Assembly: GCA_038817565.1 (NCBI GenBank)
Contig: JAWAZO010000001.1
Span: 1-59,756 of the forward strand
DNA from: Candidatus Bathyarchaeia archaeon
GTDB taxonomy: Archaea > Thermoproteota > Bathyarchaeia > Bathyarchaeales > Bathycorpusculaceae
Direction: 5' to 3'
DNA: 59,756 nucleotides
Numbering within the stretch: the first letter of the stretch is position 1; the number at the start of each line of letters is the position of its first letter. The notes below the pieces were generated by a model. That model saw only the letters and a list, made by a program, of their open reading frames with translations, had not been told where the DNA came from and ran no database searches. Shown here piece after piece: positions 45,511-55,669 of this stretch. The translations under genes were made by a program, and so were the position numbers.

Positions 45511-46725
45511 TTGAGGGTGAAAGGCATGGTTGAGAGGCATCCTACACGTTATTTGGCTGAAGAATATGAGCGTTTGGTTAGGGAGAACCTAAACTGGGAA
45601 CTTAAAGTTTTGGAGTCCGCTAGTGAGCCCATATGCATAGTTAATGGGAAAGAGGTGTTGATGCTTTGCGCCAACAACTACCTAAACCTTGCAACCCACC
45701 CGAAAGTTGTCAACGCCATGATAGAGGCAACCCGCAAATACGGCGCCGGAGCTGGAAGCGACAGGTCCATTGCTGGAAACATGATACTTCATGAGGAGTT
45801 GGACAGACGACTAGCAAAGTTCAAGAGGGCTCCAGCATCGCTTACATTTCAAACAGGCTTTATGGTTAATGAGGGGCTCATACCACAACTCGCTGATAAA
45901 GGCGACCTAATAGTTTCCGACGAGCTTAATCACGGTTCGATAATTGACGGTTGTAGGCTAAGCCGTGCGGACAGAGCCATATACAAGCACAAGGACGTCG
46001 AAGATTTAGCCCGCGTTATGGAGGAAGCTGAAAAACATGATCCGCCCTACAACCATATATGGATAATAACCGATGGAGTTTTCAGCATGGATGGCGATAC
46101 AGCGCCATTACCGGAAATAGTTAAAATTGCAAAGGAACATGGAGCTGGCGTTTATGTGGATGACGCTCATGGCGAAGGCGTTTTAGGCGAGGGTGGACGT
46201 GGAATAGTAAGCCATTATGGACTAAGAAGGGACGAGGTGCATGTTGAGATGGGCACCTTCTCAAAGGCTTTCGGCGTTATAGGCGGGCACATTACAGGCA
46301 GCGAAGAACTCCGAAACTTTGCCTACAACAAGGCTAGAAGCTGGCTGCTCAGCGGCGCCGTCCCGCCTGGAGTTGCAGCCGCCTGCATAGCCGCAATAGA
46401 CGTCCTCGAAACAGAGCCGGAACATGTCCGCCGGGTTTGGGAGAACAGAAACCACCTGCTGGATGCACTGCAAGATGCTGGCTTTGACACTGGTAATACG
46501 GAGACTCCAATAATTCCAGTCATGTGCGGGAAGAGCAAGGCTGCGAGGGATTTGGCGGACTACTTGTGGACTAAGGGCATATTTGTACTGCCAATCTTTT
46601 ATCCTATGGTTGCTAGGGATAAAGCCAGAATTCGCGTCCAAGTATGTGCAAAACACACAACAGAACAGCTTGACAGAGCAGCCGAAGCCTTCAAAGAAGG
46701 CGGCAAAAAACTAGGAATAATCTAA
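45511..46725 (+). CDS. kbl: 2-amino-3-ketobutyrate CoA ligase (glycine C-acetyltransferase)
   Basis: Alpha-oxoamine synthase pattern DELNHGSIIDG, DDAHG, GTFSKAFG (PLP Lys). An alternative ATG lies at 45526. Confidence 0.85.
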   Translation: MRVKGMVERHPTRYLAEEYERLVRENLNWELKVLESASEPICIVNGKEVLMLCANNYLNLATHPKVVNAMIEATRKYGAGAGSDRSIAGNMILHEELDRRLAKFKRAPASLTFQTGFMVNEGLIPQLADKGDLIVSDELNHGSIIDGCRLSRADRAIYKHKDVEDLARVMEEAEKHDPPYNHIWIITDGVFSMDGDTAPLPEIVKIAKEHGAGVYVDDAHGEGVLGEGGRGIVSHYGLRRDEVHVEMGTFSKAFGVIGGHITGSEELRNFAYNKARSWLLSGAVPPGVAAACIAAIDVLETEPEHVRRVWENRNHLLDALQDAGFDTGNTETPIIPVMCGKSKAARDLADYLWTKGIFVLPIFYPMVARDKARIRVQVCAKHTTEQLDRAAEAFKEGGKKLGII

Positions 46726-46763
46726 AACCCTTAAAGCCGCCAACATCCCTTATTTTCATTTAA

Positions 46764-47390
46764 ATGTCAAGAATCGCAAAAGAAAAGCAGAGGCTCCGAG
46801 AGAAAATCTGGCGTGAAATGGAAAAGTGTGGAGTGGCAACATTTCCACTTCCATGCTGGGGCAGAATCCCAAACTTTGTTGGGGCTGAAGCTGCCGCAGA
46901 TAAACTCCGCCAGCTTGAGGAGTGGAAAAGGGCAAAAGTAATTTTTGTTAATCCAGACTCGCCACAGCGTAGAGTGAGGGAAAACGCCCTAAAAGATGGA
47001 AAAACTCTCATAGTGGCTTCGCCTAGGCTTAAGAAGGGCTTCATATTAATAAGCCCGGAAAAAACGCGGGGAAAGGAGCGCTTCGCCTCAACGATAAAGG
47101 GCGCCTTTAGATTTGGAGTTCAAACCAGAGACTTTCCAAAACCAGACCTAATCGTTGAGGGTTCAGTGGCTGTTGACCTGCAAGGACATAGGCTTGGAAA
47201 GGGACACGGATATGGAGACACTGAAATAGAAGTCTTAGAAAAAATGTTTGGAGAAATACCGGTAGCCACAACAGTTCACGACATGCAAGTGGTTGAAAAT
47301 GTACCCTTTGGGGAAAAGGATAGGAAGGTCTCCATAATAGTTACGCCAACAAGGATTATCCGTGTAGTGCCGCAACAGCCAGAAAACTAG
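46764..47390 (+). CDS. 5-formyltetrahydrofolate cyclo-ligase family protein
   Basis: Family-like layout (IFVNPDSPQ..VR, GKTLIVASPRL, GHRLGKGHGYGD). Confidence 0.65.
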   Translation: MSRIAKEKQRLREKIWREMEKCGVATFPLPCWGRIPNFVGAEAAADKLRQLEEWKRAKVIFVNPDSPQRRVRENALKDGKTLIVASPRLKKGFILISPEKTRGKERFASTIKGAFRFGVQTRDFPKPDLIVEGSVAVDLQGHRLGKGHGYGDTEIEVLEKMFGEIPVATTVHDMQVVENVPFGEKDRKVSIIVTPTRIIRVVPQQPEN

Positions 47391-47435
47391 AAGGGCTAGT
47401 GCTTATGGCTTTGTTAAAGCGCCAAAATGTTGGTT

Positions 47436-49304
47436 TCAGCGAAGCTTCTTCAAGGCTTTGTCAACATCATCTAACCCAAGCCTTCTAAGGGTTTCAGATT
47501 TTGGAATGCCCTTTTCATCCCAACCTACAAGCTCATAGTACCTGCGTTTCTCCTCATCCACACGAGTCTTCTCAACCGTTTTGCCCTTATATGGTCCTGA
47601 TGGCAGCGGTTCATAGAAGCGGGGTGGATTGTCATCGTGGATTTCCGGGTTCCATTTTAGGTCTGGTCCGCCCAGGAGGAGCATTGCCCTCTGCAACTGT
47701 ATTATTTTCATGGCTTTTGTGGCAACCCAATCTTCCTTTGTCAGTTCTACGCCTGTCACAGCCTTATAAAAGTCGAAAACTAAGGTTCGAGGCAATCCAA
47801 AAACGTTAAAGTAACAGTAAACGCCTGAATCATGGAAAGCCATCATAAGTTCGCTTCTAAAATCGTCCAGCGGCATGCAGGCTGTGGAAGTGTGATCCCC
47901 GCATTGAACAGAACAAGCATAAGAGTATATTTCAGGATAATCCTTCTCGCTTCGGATTCCATGGGCGCCCACACCTATACCCTTAACCTGCACAGCGTAT
48001 GGCATAACGTCAACGCCCTTCATTGCGCCAATTTTTAGGGCTGCACGATATGTGCCTTCGGCAAGGATGTTGCCTATGCCCTCTCTATAAGCAATTTTCT
48101 TGGTTAGGGCGGCAAAAGCCTCAGTGTCACCCCACTTTGGTTCTATGCCGTCCAAATCTTTTTTTGTTAATATCCCCCTTTGGAAAAGCTCCGCTGCAAA
48201 GCCCAAAACATTGCCTGTTTGTATGCCACATAGCCCCAAGTCGTCGACAAGGGAAGCCGTGTAAACATTTTCTTCTGGAGTGAATATGCCCAAGTTTGTA
48301 CCGACATAGGCTTGCAACTCGTAGTCGGGGTTGTCGGTTATTGCGCCCTTAAATTTCCCTGACCTCACAACAGCCAATTTTAGGCATGTTGTTGGACAGC
48401 CAAAATCTCCCCAATAATGTTTCACCCAAACCCTGTTTTCAAACTCGTTCACTCCAAAGCTTTTCTCATCATGCCACTCCTCCTGCCAGTTCCGAACAGG
48501 CTCAGAGCTTGTCTTCGCCCCAACCTCATAGCCGGCTGAACCGGTTCCCCAACGCCTCCAAAGCTCATTCTCATAGGCATTGTCGCAAACCTTCTGCATA
48601 AGCGCCTTCACACCCTCCATGTCGGCAACCTCTGGAAGAGGCCCCGTGCCTTTGACAGCTATGGCCTTAAGCTTTTTAGCGCCCATAACAGCACCATAAC
48701 CACCATAACCAGCAGCATGAGACCATTTGGCCGCAACAACAGCCGTTCGAACCTTGTTCTCTCCAGCAGGACCAATATAAAGGATTGCTGGCTCTCGCCA
48801 TTCACCCTTCTGTGGATAACGAGCCTTCAAAAGCCCCCTACATTCCCTAGTTAGAACAGAAACTGTTTGTTTCGCATCTAAACCCCAAACGTGACAGGCA
48901 TCACGAATTTCAACATCAGAATCCTTAATGAAAATATAGCATGGCTTATCGGCTTCACCGGTCACTATGATGCCATCATATCCAGCACACTTCAATTCCA
49001 CCCCAAACTCCCCGGCAACAGTTGAGCCAACAACACCGTTGCTCTGCGGAGACTTGCCAGAAACACAAATCCTCCCGCCTGGGAAAAAACCTGTAAGCGG
49101 TCCGGTAAGGAATAGAAGCATGTTTTCCGGCCCGAGGGGGTCTATGGTTTCCCATTTGCCTCCAAGTCTATCCCAGAGAATTTTTGAGGCCAAACCTCTA
49201 CCGCCAACATAGTCCCTTAAAACCTCGTCGCTGAACTTCACTTCTTTAAAGCTCTTAGCGGAAAGGTCAACCTCGAGAAACTTTCCAGCATAACCCTTAA
49301 TCAT
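47436..49304 (-). CDS. aor: Aldehyde:ferredoxin oxidoreductase (tungstopterin AOR family)
   Basis: 622 aa. N-terminal GYAGKFLEVDLS...GGRGL and full-length AOR-like organisation. Confidence 0.9.
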   Translation of the reverse strand: MIKGYAGKFLEVDLSAKSFKEVKFSDEVLRDYVGGRGLASKILWDRLGGKWETIDPLGPENMLLFLTGPLTGFFPGGRICVSGKSPQSNGVVGSTVAGEFGVELKCAGYDGIIVTGEADKPCYIFIKDSDVEIRDACHVWGLDAKQTVSVLTRECRGLLKARYPQKGEWREPAILYIGPAGENKVRTAVVAAKWSHAAGYGGYGAVMGAKKLKAIAVKGTGPLPEVADMEGVKALMQKVCDNAYENELWRRWGTGSAGYEVGAKTSSEPVRNWQEEWHDEKSFGVNEFENRVWVKHYWGDFGCPTTCLKLAVVRSGKFKGAITDNPDYELQAYVGTNLGIFTPEENVYTASLVDDLGLCGIQTGNVLGFAAELFQRGILTKKDLDGIEPKWGDTEAFAALTKKIAYREGIGNILAEGTYRAALKIGAMKGVDVMPYAVQVKGIGVGAHGIRSEKDYPEIYSYACSVQCGDHTSTACMPLDDFRSELMMAFHDSGVYCYFNVFGLPRTLVFDFYKAVTGVELTKEDWVATKAMKIIQLQRAMLLLGGPDLKWNPEIHDDNPPRFYEPLPSGPYKGKTVEKTRVDEEKRRYYELVGWDEKGIPKSETLRRLGLDDVDKALKKLR

Positions 49305-49828
49305 ATGTACCGCTCCCCATCCTCCCCGAAAATTTTAACAGCCAGATCCCGAGCAACTTCCTCTGGGGTTCTAGCATAAAGCTTGTAGGAATAGTTCCCC
49401 CTAGGCACAACCCGCAGAACATTCCAAAGTCCCTCTTGACAGACTTTTACGCATTGCGGATCGCCACCGCACAAGTCGCAGATTAAAATCTTGTTTTCAG
49501 TTGGATGCATATGCGGAATCCTCCCTGGACAAGCCTCAATACACTTTCCACAACCAACACATGCATTAGAATCTACAATAACAGCGCCTGTTTCCTTACT
49601 CACTGATAGGGCGTTAACTGAGCAAGCTTGAACACATGGGTAATCCTCACATTGAGCACAGAAATGGGGAAACTCAATGCCTGGGGCGAGCATGAAAACC
49701 CTTATGCGGGAGGCCTCTGGCCATATGCGCTTCTCATGGAAAAGCGAACACGCTATTTCGCATTTCCTGCATCCACTGCACTTTGAGAGGTCTCTGGCAA
49801 TCCATATAAGAGCCTTCTCAGACACCAA
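49301..49828 (-). CDS. 4Fe-4S multi-cluster ferredoxin-like protein (AOR partner)
   Basis: Cys clusters CSGCRKCEIAC, CAQCEDYPC, CVGCGKCIEAC, CDLCGGDPQC. 4-nt overlap with aor. TTG start 9 nt after GGAGG. Confidence 0.8.
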   Translation of the reverse strand: MVSEKALIWIARDLSKCSGCRKCEIACSLFHEKRIWPEASRIRVFMLAPGIEFPHFCAQCEDYPCVQACSVNALSVSKETGAVIVDSNACVGCGKCIEACPGRIPHMHPTENKILICDLCGGDPQCVKVCQEGLWNVLRVVPRGNYSYKLYARTPEEVARDLAVKIFGEDGERYI

Positions 49829-49885
49829 ACATTAAGCCTCCTTCAAATTGAAATCCCTATTCTATTATAGGCAAATTTAAGTTTG

Positions 49886-50596
49886 ATGCATCCGTTGCTA
49901 GCCTATAAAAAGTTCTTTAAAGTTGGATATCTTAAGAAGAAGGGAGGTTGGGGCTTGTCGATAGCGGATATATTCCAACAACTCGCGGAGTGGATGAGAA
50001 ACCTCTCCGTGCAGTACGGTTACTTTGGCATCTTTCTAATAAGCCTAATCGGCTCAATGTCAATATTCTTTCCAATACCCTACACTGTGGTCATATTTAC
50101 CTTAGCTCCCTTCTTCGACCCAATACTAATTTCTTTGGCTTCCGGGGCCGGTTCAGCCATAGGAGAGTTTACCAGCTACCTCCTTGGATTGGGCGGGAGA
50201 AAAATGATAAGTGATAAACGCAAACGCCAAATGGAAGCATTAGTAAAAATTTTCGGAAGATACGGCCCCATCGCCATATTCCTTTTCGCATTAACCCCGT
50301 TACCGGACGACTTGCTGTTTATACCGCTGGGCATGATGCATTACAGCCTACTAAAAGCGTTTATCCCGGCGGTGATTGGAAAAATTTGCATGAGCCTAAT
50401 AATAGCTTACAGCTCCCGCTACGCCATAACAATAATCGAGGAAATATTTGGGATAGAAAGCGACTTAATAACCGCCATAATAAGCATGACTTTGGCAATA
50501 ATCCTACTGATAATAGTGCTGGCTGTAATGTTCAAAATAGACTGGGAAAAGGTGGTCGAAAACCTCGAAAAGAGACAGCACTCACGTCAAAAATAA
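49886..50596 (+). CDS. DedA/VTT-domain membrane protein
   Basis: YGYFGIFLISLIGS..IFFPIPY, ALTPLPDDLLFIPLG. The ATG lies about 20 nt after TATTATA (probably leaderless). Confidence 0.7.
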   Translation: MHPLLAYKKFFKVGYLKKKGGWGLSIADIFQQLAEWMRNLSVQYGYFGIFLISLIGSMSIFFPIPYTVVIFTLAPFFDPILISLASGAGSAIGEFTSYLLGLGGRKMISDKRKRQMEALVKIFGRYGPIAIFLFALTPLPDDLLFIPLGMMHYSLLKAFIPAVIGKICMSLIIAYSSRYAITIIEEIFGIESDLITAIISMTLAIILLIIVLAVMFKIDWEKVVENLEKRQHSRQK

Positions 50597-50716
50597 TGTG
50601 CAAGTGTCGCGCCACTTTTGCGCTTGCGATAATATCAGAATAAGAAAGAAAACTTTAAAAGTATGCTTTTTAACCATGTAGGCTCCGCAGAATACATAAA
50701 TGATAGGGGTAAGTGA

Positions 50717-50878
50717 ATGAAACGAAAAATAGCAGTCATAACTGTTGAGCTTGTAGAAGAAAGCGCCGAAAGCAACAACGAAACGATAAAACGCGAGTTA
50801 GCCGAGTGGTTCAGAGAGGACGCTTACTCATTCCCATGGGCCAAAGAGGTTAAAAGCATAGTGGTCAAAGAAGAATGA
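50717..50878 (+). CDS. Candidate 53-aa acidic small protein (not in the ORF track)
   Basis: ATG 6 nt after GGGGT. MKRKIAVITVELVEESAESNNETIKRELAEWFREDAYSFPWAKEVKSIVVKEE. Confidence 0.3.
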   Translation: MKRKIAVITVELVEESAESNNETIKRELAEWFREDAYSFPWAKEVKSIVVKEE

Positions 50879-51004
50879 GCATTTCAAATAGTTCGGCCAC
50901 CAAACTTTGCAAAACCAGTGGAAAGATATGTAACTTCCATGGGAAATGGAAAACCATAAACCCGTTATGTGGGACCTACAGAAAAGAAATGCTTGAAAGA
51001 GCTT

Positions 51005-52609
51005 TTAACTTTGGTTTAGCGCCCTTTGTAGGGCTTCTATTACGTTTTGTTTGCCCATGGCGGTTATGTAGGGTCCCAGCCTAGGTCCTTGTGGTGCTCC
51101 TATAAGTATCGTGTATAGGGTTTTGAAAAATTCTGGTGGTGGTATGCCGTGTTTTTTGGCAATGTTAAATATGGCGTTTTGTATTTTTTCCGCCTCCGCC
51201 TCTATTTTTAAAGTTTCAACTAGTTCTTTTATGGCGTTTTTCTCTTCTGTTTTTAGAGTTATCGCTGTTTCTTTTATTTCTTCAAAGTCCTTAGCCCAAT
51301 TAAGGGCGTATTCTATTCGCTTTTTAAGGTCTTGGTCTGGTTGTTGTCCTTTTTGCAAATAGCCGTAGTTCTGGAGCTTTTCAGTTATGAACTCTATTTC
51401 TTTGCCCTTCGGCGCAATTTTAGCCAGAAAAGTCAGCATGTTGTATGGAACATGCACGCTTGGCTGTTTAGGCGGTTTTAAAACCCAACAATATTCATAT
51501 AAGCCCTTAAGCTTTGCCAGCTCCTTTTTGTCTGGAATTGTCTTCTTTCCAAAGTACAAATCCTCTAAATAGTCCATTTCATTCATGTATAATGGTATAT
51601 CTGTCACGTCCAAGGTACGGGTTCCAACGAACCTCTTAAGCATAAGCAGCATAAGCGATTGGGGTGAACCGTATCTAAACCAAACTTGCGGTGTAAAGAC
51701 GTTACCTGTTGACTTTGAAATTTTTCTTCCGCTTTTGTCAAGGAACATTTCATATTTTGCGTGAGCTGGTGGTTCATAATTTAACACTTCACGGCATATT
51801 CTATCATTTACGCGAACCGAGTCGGCAATATCCTTGCCATAAGCTTCAAATCTTATGTCAAGGGCCTTCCACCTCGCCGCAAATTCGCCTTTCCAGCTAA
51901 GTTTTCCTTCTCCCTTTGTGATGTCGGCTTCACCCTTGTACCCGCAACCTTCAATCCACCTGCCCTTAACCTCCATACCCTCGCAGATGTAGAGTACTTT
52001 GTCCTCCTTTGGAAGATATTCCAGCGCTTTTGTAGTGTATATTCTCCCACAGTTTCCGCAAACTGGGAAGTATGGCAAGACCTCCATATATCTTTCTTGA
52101 CCAACCTCTTCCTTGACTATTTCCCCAACTTTTTTGGCGTCTAGAAGTAGAGTTCGAATTTCATTGCTTAGTAAGCCATTTTTGTAAGCGTCTTTGGCTG
52201 ATATGTAATGGTATTCTATGTTGCAGCTGTCTAAGGCTTCAAGTAAAAGATGGCTCATGTGTCTGCCATAACTGTCGTGACACTTAAATGGATCCGGAAT
52301 GTCTGTGACGGGAAAACCCAAATATTTCTCTAAAGTTTTAGGTAGCCCTGCTGGGACTTTGCGAAGGCCATCTTTGTCGTCGCAGAAGGCTATGAGTTCT
52401 GAATGGTAGCCTTGCTCTCTTAAGGCTAATGTGACAGCGTAGGCGCGGGCGGCATCGCCTAAACTTCCAATATGTGGGAAACCGGATGCTCCCAGCCCCA
52501 TTTCGGTTCTTATCATGTCCAAGCTTCTGCCGAGCTTCCGCTCTCTTTCAATTATTTTTAAAGCCATTTTGTCGTACCATGTTCCCTTTCCAATAATCTC
52601 GCCGCCCAT
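51005..52609 (-). CDS. lysK: Class I lysyl-tRNA synthetase
   Basis: HIGH-type GFPHIGSLGD and KMSKS-type KISKSTGN. 534 aa. Confidence 0.9.
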   Translation of the reverse strand: MGGEIIGKGTWYDKMALKIIERERKLGRSLDMIRTEMGLGASGFPHIGSLGDAARAYAVTLALREQGYHSELIAFCDDKDGLRKVPAGLPKTLEKYLGFPVTDIPDPFKCHDSYGRHMSHLLLEALDSCNIEYHYISAKDAYKNGLLSNEIRTLLLDAKKVGEIVKEEVGQERYMEVLPYFPVCGNCGRIYTTKALEYLPKEDKVLYICEGMEVKGRWIEGCGYKGEADITKGEGKLSWKGEFAARWKALDIRFEAYGKDIADSVRVNDRICREVLNYEPPAHAKYEMFLDKSGRKISKSTGNVFTPQVWFRYGSPQSLMLLMLKRFVGTRTLDVTDIPLYMNEMDYLEDLYFGKKTIPDKKELAKLKGLYEYCWVLKPPKQPSVHVPYNMLTFLAKIAPKGKEIEFITEKLQNYGYLQKGQQPDQDLKKRIEYALNWAKDFEEIKETAITLKTEEKNAIKELVETLKIEAEAEKIQNAIFNIAKKHGIPPPEFFKTLYTILIGAPQGPRLGPYITAMGKQNVIEALQRALNQS

Positions 52610-52688
52610 TTTGTTTCAAACCTCTAGACATTATTCATGTTAAATATGTGGATAAAAAATGTTTAGAAAGCATGCTTTTGGCTTAAAA

Positions 52689-53441
52689 CTAAAATATCCC
52701 AAATTTAGCCGTTGGTATATCTCCCTTAATAACTGTTCCTGTTGCCCCGTCCAGCCACAGGCTGTAGCTTTCGCCCTTGTACTCATATTTTACGAACCAT
52801 ATTGGCGCGTGAAGATAAACTGATTGACCAACTTTTATCTCGCTTTTCATTTCAATGATTTTGTCAACATCCTGCTGTGCCAAATAGTTATGGTGTTCCA
52901 GAATTTGCTGCTTCGCTATTTCAACAGCCTCGTCTCTGTCAATTTCACTGTTTAAAACCTTGGCGAAATCCTCAATTTTCCTAAAATCGTATGGGATTTT
53001 ACCCTCCAACGGCACGTCATATTCTCTTGTTGGAAATTGCGTGGCTTTTCTTGCAAGGACAAGCCAGTCATACTTTTTGACAATTCTGCCCTCCTTTACT
53101 AGAGGTGGGCTTATCCTTTCGAAAATGCCTTTGTAAACGCTTTCAGCTTCCACTGTTATGATCCAAAAAGGAAGATACATTAATGTTTTCTCGGTTATCT
53201 TTGATTTTCTGGCTAAATCTGCTGGTTTAAGGAACCCGGAACCCATCCATTCTCTGACAAGCTCTTCTATTTGCATTAAGTTATATCTGTTCAGCAACAT
53301 TGAATGCTCAAAGTTGAAGGCTTTTCCTGTTTCAATTACCACGGTATAACCACAATATCTACACGTGGCTATAATTTCGCCAGGTTTAAAGGAGATGGGT
53401 GCACCACAATAGGAGCAATTCAACTCCTTAACTATTGACAT
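52689..53441 (-). CDS. Zinc-ribbon protein, unknown function
   Basis: N-terminal CSYC-x14-CRYC. ATG at 53441 (GGGGA 3 nt upstream) overlaps the upstream gene by 14 nt. The track ORF extends to 53495. Confidence 0.5.
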   Translation of the reverse strand: MSIVKELNCSYCGAPISFKPGEIIATCRYCGYTVVIETGKAFNFEHSMLLNRYNLMQIEELVREWMGSGFLKPADLARKSKITEKTLMYLPFWIITVEAESVYKGIFERISPPLVKEGRIVKKYDWLVLARKATQFPTREYDVPLEGKIPYDFRKIEDFAKVLNSEIDRDEAVEIAKQQILEHHNYLAQQDVDKIIEMKSEIKVGQSVYLHAPIWFVKYEYKGESYSLWLDGATGTVIKGDIPTAKFGIF

Positions 53442-54828
53442 TTCCCCTAACCTTCTGTTTTTCCCGTCTAAGGATTTCCCTTGCAACAATAACACCCGAC
53501 GCTGATGCTTGTATTAGGCCTCTAGTTACCCCAGCACCGTCACCTATTGTAAAGAGGTTCCTTATTTTTGTTTCAAGGGTGCTGCTTAACTCCAATCTTG
53601 AAGAGTAGAATTTCACTTCAACACCGTATAGCAACGTGTCTCTTGAGTTTATTCCTGGGGCTATCTTGTCAAGCGCCTCAAGCATTTCCCTTATGTCTGC
53701 CAGATAACGGTATGGAAGAACAAAGCTTAAGTCGCCGGGTGTGGCGTTCTTCAACGTTGGTGTTACAACGCTTCTTGCAATTCTTTCAGGGGTTGAGCGT
53801 CTTCCAGCTTCCAAGTCGCCTAACCGCTGTATAAGTATACCTCCGCTGAGGAGATTTGAAAGCCTCGCCAAATATTTTCCATAAGCTATTGGCTCTTTGA
53901 AAGGCTCCGTGAAAGATGTGCTGACAAGGATGGCGAAGTTTGTGTTTTCAGTCTTCCGCTCAGCATAACTCTGTCCATTAACAGTTAATACACCATTGTA
54001 CGATTCGGATATGACCTCGCCGTAGGGGGCTACACAGAAAGTTCTAACTTGATCGTCGAAAAACTTTGAATAGTAAACGAATTTTGGTTCATAGAGGATG
54101 TTTGTTAACTCTTCCATAACCGCTGCTAAAACTTCAACTCTGACGCCGACGTCAACAGGGTTGTTAAGTGTTTTTAAGCCTAACGCTTGGGCTTCTGTTT
54201 GAAGCCATTCCGCTCCACCCCTTCCGGGCGCCACAATAACATATTTCCCAAAGAACTTTTCTCCATCAACCGTTTCAACGCCTTCGACAACACCATTTTT
54301 CACTATAAGCCCCTTAACGTCTTTTCCCATTTTGATGTCAATTTTTCCGTTGAGTTCTTGACGCATTTTCCGCAGTGTTTGGGCGCAACGTTCAGTTCCC
54401 ATGTGTCTAATCTTCTGATGGACAAGTTTTAGCCCAGCTAATGACGCCCTTTTTTCAATTTCCTCAACTTTTTCTATGTCTTCGCCATAAACACGGTTTG
54501 GAGCACCGAACCTTATGTAAACGCTATCCACATATTTTATTAATTCTGTCAGCTCCCTTTCTGAAACGTATTGGTTTAGCCAACCGCCAACCTCTGTAGA
54601 TATAGTTAGTTTGCCATCACTGAAGGCACCAGCTCCACCCCACCCGCATAAAAGCCCGCATGGTTCACAGTTCACACATCCAAAACCCCTGCTCGCTGGA
54701 CATTTCCTTCGCTCTAAATCCGGACCCTTGTCAAGCATTAATATGTTGAGATCTGCTTTTCCAATCATTTCAAGGGCTGAAAATATTCCAGCTGGACCAG
54801 CACCGACGATTATTACATCGTATTTCAA
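53428..54828 (-). CDS. FAD-dependent oxidoreductase (COG2509-like, uncharacterised)
   Basis: N-terminal YDVIIVGAGPAGIFSA and C-terminal GDGAGVTRGL. Confidence 0.8.
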   Translation of the reverse strand: MKYDVIIVGAGPAGIFSALEMIGKADLNILMLDKGPDLERRKCPASRGFGCVNCEPCGLLCGWGGAGAFSDGKLTISTEVGGWLNQYVSERELTELIKYVDSVYIRFGAPNRVYGEDIEKVEEIEKRASLAGLKLVHQKIRHMGTERCAQTLRKMRQELNGKIDIKMGKDVKGLIVKNGVVEGVETVDGEKFFGKYVIVAPGRGGAEWLQTEAQALGLKTLNNPVDVGVRVEVLAAVMEELTNILYEPKFVYYSKFFDDQVRTFCVAPYGEVISESYNGVLTVNGQSYAERKTENTNFAILVSTSFTEPFKEPIAYGKYLARLSNLLSGGILIQRLGDLEAGRRSTPERIARSVVTPTLKNATPGDLSFVLPYRYLADIREMLEALDKIAPGINSRDTLLYGVEVKFYSSRLELSSTLETKIRNLFTIGDGAGVTRGLIQASASGVIVAREILRREKQKVRGNVNS

Positions 54829-54928
54829 CGCTTTATACCTCTTTGAAGCCCAAAACTAGATGTAACAACAAGCATATATTTTTAGCGAATCCCTAACAGC
54901 AACAACTACTGAGACAAAATCCAGAGCA

Positions 54929-55279
54929 TTATTTAGACTTGTCGTGGTGGGGAACAAGACAAAGGAACTTCACAGTTTCTTTTCCGTCGTTTATAAACTG
55001 ATGTCTCTCGTTTGGCGGAATAAAAATTACATCACCTGGCTTAAACCTCCTCTCCCCACCAGCGCCGACAACAATTCCTCCCCCTTCTAAAATGAAGACT
55101 TCATGCTCCCACGGGTGAGTGTGTAGTGGGCTGTGTCCTCCAGGTTCCATTTCAAAAAGCCTCATTACGAAATTTGGAGCCCCAACCTCCCGTGTAATAA
55201 GCCATCTAACTTTCAACTTTGCGGCTCCTTCTTCTTGGGCTTCCTCCGCCTTAACCTCACTGTAATGGAAAACCTTCAT
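54929..55279 (-). CDS. Cupin-domain protein
   Basis: GGHSPLHTHPWEHEVFILEG and GDVIFIPPNERHQF. Confidence 0.8.
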   Translation of the reverse strand: MKVFHYSEVKAEEAQEEGAAKLKVRWLITREVGAPNFVMRLFEMEPGGHSPLHTHPWEHEVFILEGGGIVVGAGGERRFKPGDVIFIPPNERHQFINDGKETVKFLCLVPHHDKSK

Positions 55280-55315
55280 GAGACGTTACCTCATAAGGCT
55301 TTTTAGCTTAATTTC

Positions 55316-55606
55316 CTAATCTTTTATGGCTTCAAGTATACTCATGACATTCCAGAGCTTCACACGGGTGTAGGGCGGCATGTTCGGGTCCTGTAAAATC
55401 TCATCCAATATGGATATGGCGTTTGAAGCCCTAACAGCTGGTGTAAACTCCGTTGTTTGTAAGGCGTCCATTGAGTCCTTAGCCGCCCTCCTAATGTTAC
55501 GTGGAGTTGTCGTGTCTTCTGAAACCTCGGCAAGCACAGCCATAGCTTGCTTAATCCTCTCCTCATATTCCTCAAGCTTCTTCTTCCTAACCATGCCAGT
55601 CACCAC
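55316..55606 (-). CDS. UPF0147-family protein
   Basis: VSEDTTTPRNIRRAAKDS...ISILDEILQDPNMPPYTRVKLWNVMSILE. Confidence 0.7.
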   Translation of the reverse strand: MVTGMVRKKKLEEYEERIKQAMAVLAEVSEDTTTPRNIRRAAKDSMDALQTTEFTPAVRASNAISILDEILQDPNMPPYTRVKLWNVMSILEAIKD

Positions 55607-55669
55607 ATCAAATTTCAGATAATCAAGTTATATAGGCTTTTATGCCTATCTATTTCAGAGGCGTGAGAA

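Noticed and set aside
44477-46725. tdh-kbl pair as something unusual
   Set aside because: This is the standard two-step threonine-to-glycine route. The SDR-type TDH next to KBL is well known, so I recorded it as annotation only.
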